Assembly: GCA_032718475.1 (NCBI GenBank)
Contig: JAUCBJ010007629.1
Location: 62,001 to 126,000 of the forward strand
Length of the DNA stretch: 64,000 nt
Direction of reading: 5' to 3'
DNA from: Nemertoderma westbladi
Taxonomy: Eukaryota > Animalia > Xenacoelomorpha
The position numbers were made by a program, and so were the translations under genes. Under the pieces are notes generated by a model that saw nothing but the letters and a program-made list of their open reading frames with translations, ran no database searches and was not told the DNA's origin. Positions 26,403-35,094 of the stretch are shown piece by piece. Each line of letters begins with the position of its first letter. Positions within the stretch are counted from its first letter, which is position 1.

Positions 26403-29400
26403 GTTAGTACTGCAGCAGGAAGAGTAAGAAGGGGGTCCGAGTAGACTGTATCAGCCATCTGTACTCCATGTTCGGGAGTCAACTCTACAGTATCCGAACT
26501 GCTGGAGCTATCCGGTCTCTGGGAAGTAGGTTCTTGACCAAGATGTTGCTGCGATAGGACAGCTGCCTCTTGGTCCCGTTTTACCTGTGCCCGAGTGCCT
26601 ATGATGGACCTATGGTGGACTAGCCTAGGGTCTGATACTACTGGAGGGATGACCTTTTTTACAGTAGGAGGTGAGCCGAACTTCTCTATTATTCGCTCCA
26701 CTCTCCTATCTGAATCACAGATAGTGGTCTCGATCAGACTGTCCGACAGGTTTTGCTGAGTGTCAGACATGTTTAGTTATACAGTTGAATGTCTACTACT
26801 ATAGTTTCAGTTAAAGCAAGTCTAGTAATTCAGTATGACCGCAAGCCTAGCGATTTATTACCGGTACCGTTACTCAGTGGAACGTGATATATATACAATA
26901 TATTAGAATACCGGTATGCTTATAATATATAAGTATTATTACAGACTAGATTTGTCACAGAGTACCGGTATATAATTTTAGCACAAATATATATATATAT
27001 ATAGTAGGCCTATAATGAATACCGGTATACAGCTTACACTTATAGTATATAAGTATAATTCTGGACTAGAATTAATTACAGAGTACCGGTATGATTTCAG
27101 CTCAAATTTATAGAAATAAATATAATAAGCCTATGGTAAGTACCGGTATGTCAATTATTTTTAGAATAATTGAATTTCTGAATATTTTGGGGTTACTTCG
27201 TTACTTTAACTTACTTTATTACCGTTATTTAAGCAGTAGTCCAACTGACAGTGAGACCTAGTCGTTGTATGGCAGGCCTACTATTTATAAATCGTTTGAG
27301 TTGATTTATAATAGATATATACCCGTTTAAAAGGGTTTTTGACAATGTTTGAAATAAATGTTATTATTTCTGGGGAAGTCACTACACAGAAGCTGAACGC
27401 TTCTCAGTGAAGTGCTATTTATTTGACACTAAAACTGATAATTCTAATTTACCTAAGTTACTTAATACTACAAATTACTTACGATACGGGTGAGATTAAT
27501 TCTCTAATTAAACACAACAAAAATATTACGTACGAATTTTTTAGGGTAATTTTACAGGAAGTCTACAAACCAGTCCAACAAAGGGTTAGATTTCTGGCTA
27601 TTACAAAGGACAGGGTACTACGGTATTTAAAATAATAAGTAGTAGTAAATATATTGTACTGTCCAGATAGGAAAATACCACCGCCTGACGACCTATAACC
27701 GTATCGCTATAGGTACAACGTTATGTATCACGGATTGTTCCTATCCAGAAGTTAATAGAGCTAACGAATGTGCCTATCAACCACTTTACAACACAAATAT
27801 ACTGCCTACACTAATTACTTCGGAAGGCACTGTACTCTAAACCCTATATTAGGTACAAGTACCGGTATAACAAATAATCAGTAGTTAAATATACTTGAAC
27901 AGTTAAAAGAACCACGGCATCTGCTGGAGTGACCGAAGCACAAAGTCGTCAGTCTTTACCTACGCCAAGCAGCCCTGATGTAGTACCGGGGTTAGTTTAA
28001 CTATAACGGTATGTATAACAAGCACAATTACTGTAGGAATAAACTTGGGGACATGAATGTTGCGAATAATCGCATAAACTCTGAATAATAAATATTACGC
28101 TACCCGTACAGAATACTCAAACAAATACAAACCAAACGCTGGCAGACTACTATCAAGCCTAAACAAACTACTGTATGTGCAGATTCTGAAACTGTTAGTT
28201 AGTATGCGTGCTAACACGGTAGTACGACTTACTCTTTAAGAGGGGATTGACCTTACAGTGTTGACTGCCCCAACTTACTAACGGCACTTGATCAGACCAA
28301 CTCTACACACGCAGCAATCTCTTCAGACCCAAAAATAGCTAGACAACAATCCAGCCTACAAATATTTGAGTAATAACTATTACGGTACCTGAACAGACCA
28401 CACAAACATGCACAGGCTAAAACACTGGCAGACTACGATCAAGCCTAAATAAACTACAGTATATGCAGACTCTGAAACTGTTAGTTAGTATGCGTGCTAA
28501 CACGGTAGTACGACTTACTCTTTAAGAGGGGATTGACCTTACAGTTATGACTGCCCCAACTTACTAACGGCACTTTATCAGACAAACTCTACACACGCCG
28601 CAATCTCTCCAAACCCAACCACAGTCAGACAGCAGCTCAGCCTACAATTATCTGAACAATCTGAGCAGGGTCACACGCCTTCTGCTCAATATTAACTTAC
28701 TAGGAAATAAAACTGACAGAAATAGGTAAAATCTCAATAAAAATTCAGGGCTGCAGTCCCTGATTAAGTACTAAGACCTACCAGTATACAATAATCAAAT
28801 CGAATAATACTAAATGTACTTGTACAGCAGTACCGGTACCGGTGATGACAGTTAGGCCTACTGACCTACAAAGTACCGGTTCAGTTTTACCGGTCACTAC
28901 GGTATTTTGCAACCTTATTGCCTACTGCAATAAGATTGTAAACTGTTACTGTTCGACAGAACAGTATTTTACTGTATTTAATGCCTACACTTGCAACCTT
29001 ATTGCTTACTGCAATAAGATTATAAACTGTTACTGTTCGCGCTTTCGAAGACCTTTAGCAGTTTAACCCGCCAAAATTTATATGTCTTTTAGTTAATTAA
29101 AACCACTTTAGCATACGACAATAATTTATGCTAATACGCAAAACATTAGCCGAAGTCAGCCCATGCGCGATCATTCACCCGATGGATCTACACCCGGGAG
29201 ACTGAATTCGGATGCTTGAATTGTATTATTACAGTGTAAGGTTGCAGTGTATACCTAATGTATTATTCGATAGATAGTTAATAATTAATCTCTGACAGGT
29301 ATTATTGGCTTTCGGGAAATATTAACAGTTCCTTTAGGACGTGGCGCTTTATCTATTTAAACAGAACTAGGACTTATACTAAACGCAACGATACTGCTTG

Positions 29401-29445
29401 GGATTGAAGTATAAAGCGTATTCTTTAGGAAATACTTTGTTAATA
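26403..29445 (-). mobile_element. Truncated fragment of a diverged BEL-B relative (partial LTR, 5' leader, gag start)
   Basis: Colinear homology to ~51165-54085; ORF start MSDTQQNLSDSLIETT vs MTDTRQTLSDSLLETT; LTR end tgttcgcg at 29034. Confidence 0.85.
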
Positions 29446-29719
29446 CTTTGTTTTTTGTCTAAGCTTCGGCTTAAAATCGGTCTCATCTTGCGTGGTATCT
29501 TTTCAACAACCGCAAGTAATATGTATATTCAAATCTCTTATAAAGGGCATCACCGTAAAAACAGCTGAAATTTTTTTATTTTCTTTGAAGTTGATGTTTT
29601 GAAGGGTTTTCTTTTTGTAGTATTTACTCTAGGTATATCTTGAGGTTTTAAATCAGTAGCTAACGGTTTACTCGATACTAAATATAATTTTCTAAATGTT
29701 ACTCCCGTTTTAACCATTA

Positions 29720-30103
29720 TTACCGTCCATGGTTAATTCTTTTTGCAATAGCCACTCCAGCGGCGGCAGCACCAGCTCCCGCAGCGAGTTTTGCGCCAAT
29801 GCCGAGTAGGGGTATTAGAAACGGTAGTATACCACCAGATTGATTGGTTAACTTTTTTCTGTAACTTGATATATTTTTTGTTTTGCGGTTGAGTGATTTT
29901 AATACCTTTTTATAACGACGAATATTTCTAAATGAATGAGAGGTCAATTGTATGATACCTTTTAGAACATTTAATTCAGTATTTACAATGAGCCGTATTA
30001 ATTCGTTACTAGCGGTATGGTTATTAAAATAAGTTCTTTGTTGAGGGGTAGCGCTGCATAGAAATTCCAATTCGTTACGATATTTCTGCACAAGTCTATT
30101 CAT
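29720..30103 (-). CDS. Polinton small basic virion protein with GG protease-cleavage-like site and hydrophobic helix
   Basis: NVLKG.I.L...K...L...QSGG/ILPFLIPLLG; lies directly downstream of the ATPase as is common in Mavericks. Confidence 0.7.
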   Translation of the reverse strand: MNRLVQKYRNELEFLCSATPQQRTYFNNHTASNELIRLIVNTELNVLKGIIQLTSHSFRNIRRYKKVLKSLNRKTKNISSYRKKLTNQSGGILPFLIPLLGIGAKLAAGAGAAAAGVAIAKRINHGR

Positions 30104-30136
30104 TGTTGCAACATTATTGAAAATTGTTACAAAATA

Positions 30137-30817
30137 TTAATTATTATTATTATTATTATTATTTTTGCTACGTTTATAGTCAATGTAATTTTTAATGTAA
30201 CAATTATGATTACGAAATATATCCGATCTAAATCTTAAATGTTCGGGTGTTTCTTGTCGTAAATCAATTAAGAAATGTGAAAATGGTTCAATTGTCGCAT
30301 CTTGATAGGAATCTACTAAAAATTTGGTATGCCCTGGTAACATCTGCTTTGCAAAATTTAAAACCGATAAACTGTCTCGTGGAATTTTCATTAATACTAA
30401 GGTATGGCTATTAATTGATCTTGTACGGTTATGCTTCCCTCCGTAAAACATGTTTTGCGTTATAAAACAAATAAATATATTGGAATGATGAGCAACCTTA
30501 GTAAACGATACAGTTAAGGCTGTACTAGACTCAGTTTCTGTTAATAAATCATCTATAATTAATAAATCTCGGCTATTTATTAAACTATCTATATTTTCAG
30601 GCAAACCTTTGTAAAGGTGAGTAATACCAGGAATAGTCAGGGGATTGCTCCCGTAACAACACAATACTCGTAAGGGAGGTTCGTTGAAGCAACCATTCTT
30701 GTGTTTAATTAAATTACCAACAAATGTAGACTTTCCGGAACCAGATGGGCCAGAAATTATCATACTCGTTCCCATTTGAAAGTTTAAATTATATGGACCT
30801 GAATTAAAGTCAGCCAT
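30137..30817 (-). CDS. A32/FtsK-HerA-type DNA packaging ATPase
   Basis: Walker A GPSGSGKS, Walker B LLIIDDL, HH.NI....ITQN.F, RT.S.NS..LVL.K.PRD. Confidence 0.93.
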   Translation of the reverse strand: MADFNSGPYNLNFQMGTSMIISGPSGSGKSTFVGNLIKHKNGCFNEPPLRVLCCYGSNPLTIPGITHLYKGLPENIDSLINSRDLLIIDDLLTETESSTALTVSFTKVAHHSNIFICFITQNMFYGGKHNRTRSINSHTLVLMKIPRDSLSVLNFAKQMLPGHTKFLVDSYQDATIEPFSHFLIDLRQETPEHLRFRSDIFRNHNCYIKNYIDYKRSKNNNNNNNN

Positions 30818-31009
30818 TTATTATTATTATTAAGATATATCACCAATACAATATAATATAATATAATATAATATAACATAACGAACCATCATCACCATTA
30901 CTATGTATATATGTAACAATTCGCAAAAAACAACATTTTACAACAAAAAGTATGTACAACTGTAGTATTAGTATATTCATCATGGCAATCTTTCGTTCTG
31001 CATATTACC

Positions 31010-31704
31010 TTATTTGAAAAGATTGTGTAATCGTATACCAGCAATCAACAGACATTGTTTTTGATTTAAATAATGTCCATACCAAGTGAGATAGCGGTGA
31101 CATCGTATAAATTCGTTATACTTCTTAGTTTGACATTTACGTTCTATACCACGTCCGTAGCATTTAGTACTGGAAATATGACTTAGAGTATTGTCCGTCA
31201 AAGTGCGAATTACTCTCATACACAAATCATTGCAAAGAATACCTTCATAAAGTTTCAAATAATACTTTTTTGGTTTTATACCTCTTGAAGATGATTCATC
31301 TTTATATGTCTTAAAGTAAATATCAAAACTACGCAAATTCTTATTTAATTTTACAGTGATATTTTTATGTTCTTCATCAAACAACCAAGGTACCATAAAG
31401 CCGCCTTTTTTCACTATATATCGATAAAAAATATTCTGTGATATTGTAAATAACTCGTTAGATTCGTTACTTTTTCCTGAAATGTAGATAGAATTCCGGA
31501 GCTCTTTCAAATAATATGGATTATATAACTTGTTTACTCTGCAAAGTGTCTGTATTCTACAAATTGGACAAATTTTAGTACAATCATTAATTTCAACATA
31601 TTGATCAATACATGTCACGCAAGTTCCAAGCTTATTAACACATATGTAAGATGTTTTAAATTAGAATAACAAATACTACAATTTGTGTTTATTAATATAT
31701 CCAT
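31010..31704 (-). pseudogene. RING-finger-like accessory protein (frameshifted N-terminus)
   Basis: ATG 31704 MDILINTNCSICY, then in another frame C..C.TCI...CPICR, followed by the 202-aa ORF. Confidence 0.55.
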
Positions 31705-31771
31705 TTTTCTTAAATAACCAAACCAAAATCGTTAAAATGTTGATAAAATATTTATAATATAGCTGAAAAAG

Positions 31772-32233
31772 TCAAGAATTATCTTCATTGTCATCGGTTT
31801 CATCAGTGGTTACAAGGGTTTTTTTCGAAATAATAACTATAAACAAAGCCAAAATTTCATAAGCATTTTTACGATCTAATTTGATCACAAACTTTTCACA
31901 TTTATTGCTCGCTATATTACCACTATATTGAGTAATAACAATAAAGTTATCTGACATTGATAAAATTGTGAATTTATCTAAATCATCTTCTTCTTTGTAA
32001 TCTAAAAGGTAATTAGTAGAATCTACCTCACCAAAAATATCAATAGATCGTAGTTCTTTTCTTGCTTGTTCAGAAATATCTATTTTAAAATTAGGTTGTG
32101 AAGGACAATAAATAGTGTTAGCAATAACAATACAAGTAAGATTATCTACAGTATTAAATGTATGTCTTATTACAGGTGTAGGTGTATCAGAAGACATTAT
32201 TATTATTATTATTATTATTTTATGTAATAACAA
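31772..32233 (-). CDS. Polinton accessory protein of unknown function (likely start MSSDT at ~32197)
   Basis: ORF next to the right TIR with an acidic tail; no motif recognised. Confidence 0.5.
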   Translation of the reverse strand: MLLHKIIIIIIIMSSDTPTPVIRHTFNTVDNLTCIVIANTIYCPSQPNFKIDISEQARKELRSIDIFGEVDSTNYLLDYKEEDDLDKFTILSMSDNFIVITQYSGNIASNKCEKFVIKLDRKNAYEILALFIVIISKKTLVTTDETDDNEDNS

Positions 32234-32402
32234 TTAAATAACAGCAACAAGATAGATAAATAAATATTAATAATATTTTTTCTATTCTATTCATATATTT
32301 ATATAGATCATTTTATATATATACAACCAATCAACTAAGAACACGTGTCACATGTAACCAATAGAAAATAAATAATAACAGTAAATGAAGCAAAATAGGT
32401 CA

Positions 32403-33043
32403 GGCTATGGTATAACTCGGATATTTATCGCCTTTTTCTCTCAAGGTTGGATGAAAGAGTGAGTGGTGAATTGTGGGGGGTTATAACGGTCCCGAGTTCA
32501 AACCTGGTTGAATATTTTGTTATCTGAAAAATTGCAAAATGAAATTTAGTTACTGGTGAAAAATAGCAAAATGAAAAATAGTAGAAGTTACCTGTAGACA
32601 CCCCTAGCACCTGTAAAATAAAGGTTGGTGAATATGAAAATACTGGTTGCTGAAAAATAGCGATTTGAAAAATAGTAGAAGTTACCTGTAGACACTCCTA
32701 GCGCCTGTAAAATAGAGGTTGGTGAATATGAAAATACTGGTTGCTAAAAAATAGTAGAAGTTACCTGATGCTAAGTGTAGACACCCGAACACCTGTAAGA
32801 TAAAGGCTTATGATTGGATGCAGTACTAGCGTTGGGTGACTAATAACGCCTCTAGCGGAAAATGCGGGAACTTGAGAAGTTACCATGGTTATGGTTGAAA
32901 TGCTGGCATCTGATTGGTTGAAATAATAACGACCACTGCTAATGGTTGAAGTGGTGGCTTCTGATTGGATGCAGTACTAAAAATGGATGGCAATGATGGG
33001 CTATGGGTGACCTTGTGCGGATGTCATACAAACATCTACTACT
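32403..33043 (-). repeat. Polinton right terminal inverted repeat (~640 bp)
   Basis: Reverse complement of 1-437 plus a terminal part ending CTACTACT; candidate 6-bp TSD CAGATG at 33044-33049 (its partner would be outside the window). Confidence 0.92.
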
Positions 33044-33225
33044 CAGATGTCAGTAGGAGTTTGATATCTAACACCTGCTAATGTCTTTACCATACGTACG
33101 TAAAATTAAAATTTCTCGATAATTTTAAAGTCATTAGTCAACCAGGACTCTGAAGCGTACAGTAAAGAAGATAACATGGCCGCTTCTAGGACTTGCCTTT
33201 TAATAGGAAACGGCATGGTCTGGTT
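33044..33225 (-). pseudogene. Old non-LTR retrotransposon RT C-terminal fragment (Polinton insertion target)
   Basis: Minus strand reads MPFPIKRQVLEAAMLSSLLYASESWLT...MVKTLAGVRYQTPTD, resembling a LINE RT thumb region. Confidence 0.6.
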
Positions 33226-33366
33226 AACTGCATAAAATATACCGTATTTATTATACGGTATTTATACCGTAATTATACCGTATTTATTATACGGTATATT
33301 ATACCGTATTAAACCATTATACTGGTTTATTATAGTTATCCCTACACCAGGGGGGAAAAACGCCGA

Positions 33367-34729
33367 TGCTGGAGACGTGACTTTACAGACCACCGAGCCC
33401 CGGCCAGTCACCGGATATTGATTGTGGAGAAGGAATGTTTTCTGAGATGCAAGTTTGCGGTTGATAAAAAGCTGCATTAGTTGGATATACTCTTTAATGT
33501 AACTTCCTATAGTTGAAACCTGTTCAACATCATTGAAACCTGATTAAGAATAATTTTGGGCTTCCCCAAATCAATATACACCAAATATTCACAATAATTA
33601 TACACGATAATATAAATCCCTACGGTATATTATTTAATTACCCACTGTTCGCTCAGATTTTAGCCTACCTAATGTTCCCCAGATTTTCCCTCGGTCCTAG
33701 TCTTAGTGCCGTAGTGTCGGTGTCGGTCGACCCTGTCGCGTGTCCGTTCCACCCCTCACGAACCCCGAAGGGAACGATCATCGAGAACCAGCACGGCTTG
33801 GCTAAGGGTCGGTCCAGTCGGTAGACTCTGTCGCGTATCCGTACCGCCCCTCTCGAACCCCGAAGGGATCGGTCATCGAGAACCAGTACGGCTTAGCTAG
33901 GAGTCTGTCGTGTCGGTGGACCCGTTCGCGTGTCCGTTCCACCCCTCACGAACCCCGAAGGGTTCGATCATCGAGAACCAGAACGGCTTGGCTAGGGGTC
34001 CGTCGGTTCATCGCAGAAACCCAACCACCTAGGCTTTCCGAGTCCCTTTCAGGCTCGTAGTCGCTTCGGCAGCCGAGAAACTGCTCCGAACAGTCGGTAG
34101 GCCAGTAGAGTCTAGTCCTTTGTCTTTCGACCCCGTCGCGTGTCCGTTCCACCCCTCACGAACCCCGAAGGGAACGATCATCGAGAACCAGTACGGCTTG
34201 GCTAAGGGGTCTGTCGTCGGTTCCCGTCGCAGATCCCCGGTACAAGCAGTCAGCGTTCCGAGTTCTTTTCAGTCTCGTAATAGCTGCCGTTGACCAGAGA
34301 CCGCTAAGGGCAGTCCTCGTCAAACCCGTCCTGTGGCCAGCCCTTTCGCATGTCCGTCCCACCCCTCGCGAACCCCGAAGGGATCGGTCATCGAGAACCA
34401 GTACGGCTTAGCTCAGGGGGCAGTCGTTAGTCGGCCACCCGTTCGCGTGTCCGCTCCACCCCTCACGAACCCCGAAGGGTTCGATCATCGAGAACCAGAA
34501 CGGCTTGGCTACTAAGGGGCTGTCGTTTCCCGTCGCAAATCCCTGACACAAGCAGTCAGCGGTCCGAGTTCTTTTCAGTCTCGTAATGGCTGCTGTTGGC
34601 CAGGGACCGCTAAGGGCAGTCCTTGTCCTTTAGGCCTGGCGCATTACCAAATCCACCCCTACAGGCAGCAGGAAGTTGGCCAGGGCCTAATAGTACTCAG
34701 GCTAACCTGAATACTGCTTGCATTTTCCA
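33367..34729 (-). repeat. Putative 3' LTR of BEL element A
   Basis: Starts TG right after the PPT (34730-34737); ATTAAA at ~33493-33498; candidate end CTCCAGCA at 33367. There is no second LTR to confirm the distal boundary. Confidence 0.55.
33736..34511 (-). repeat. Six ~70-bp GC-rich hairpin repeats interspersed with a second hairpin motif
   Basis: tcgcgtgtccgttccacccctcacgaaccccgaaggg..cgatcatcgagaaccag.acggctt.gct starts at 33736, 33830, 33926, 34136, 34346 and 34443. Confidence 0.9.
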
Positions 34730-35094
34730 TCCCCCCCTGGCCCTTATAACTATGAAATTATTCCCGTACCCTGTAAGTTGCCCCAAAGTTCGCCCATAAA
34801 TCGCCCCCAGTTTATTGAATGTGCCCAAAACCCATGGTCCCGCACCCAGTAGTAATATCGGAATAATCAATTTTAAATAAATACAAAAATATTCAACTCG
34901 CGTTATGGAAAGTTGAAATACCGCGAACAGTCCCCCCCAATGACCTTCGTGAAGTCTGTCGGTCGATTGAGTTTGCGTAGGTCATTCCCAATATAAAAAA
35001 CCCAAATTTAATATTGCATAGTTTTTAATTAATTTGGCCTAGAGTTTGTATAAAAATAAATGTTCGATAAATGTTCCTGGAATATCCCGATCCA

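Larger units (their letters stand above)
1..33043. mobile_element. Polinton/Maverick (adintovirus-like) element, decayed, with many nested insertions; left end lies about 210 bp outside the window
   Basis: TIRs 1-437 and 32403-33043; right end ...CATCTACTACT (reverse complement AGTAGT..., the typical Polinton terminus); pPolB, ATPase, integrase, MCP and protease remnants. About 15-16 kb after subtracting the insertions. Confidence 0.95.

Noticed and set aside
26222-26770. 182-aa ORF as a novel gene
   Set aside because: It is a chimera of a BEL gag start and out-of-frame Polinton integrase across an insertion junction.
33926-33995. SECIS or hammerhead ribozyme interpretation of the AUGA...GA hairpin
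   Set aside because: The upper stem is only 7 bp with a UUCG loop and no AAR; there is no CUGANGA...GAAA core, and no in-frame UGA in the upstream ORF.
33736-34620. Repeat-spacer layout resembling a CRISPR array, with spacers matching the element's own genes
   Set aside because: Repeats are ~70 bp and degenerate, spacer lengths are irregular (about 25-140 bp) and related to each other, there are no cas genes and the context is a eukaryotic LTR. Reported instead as structured-RNA repeats.
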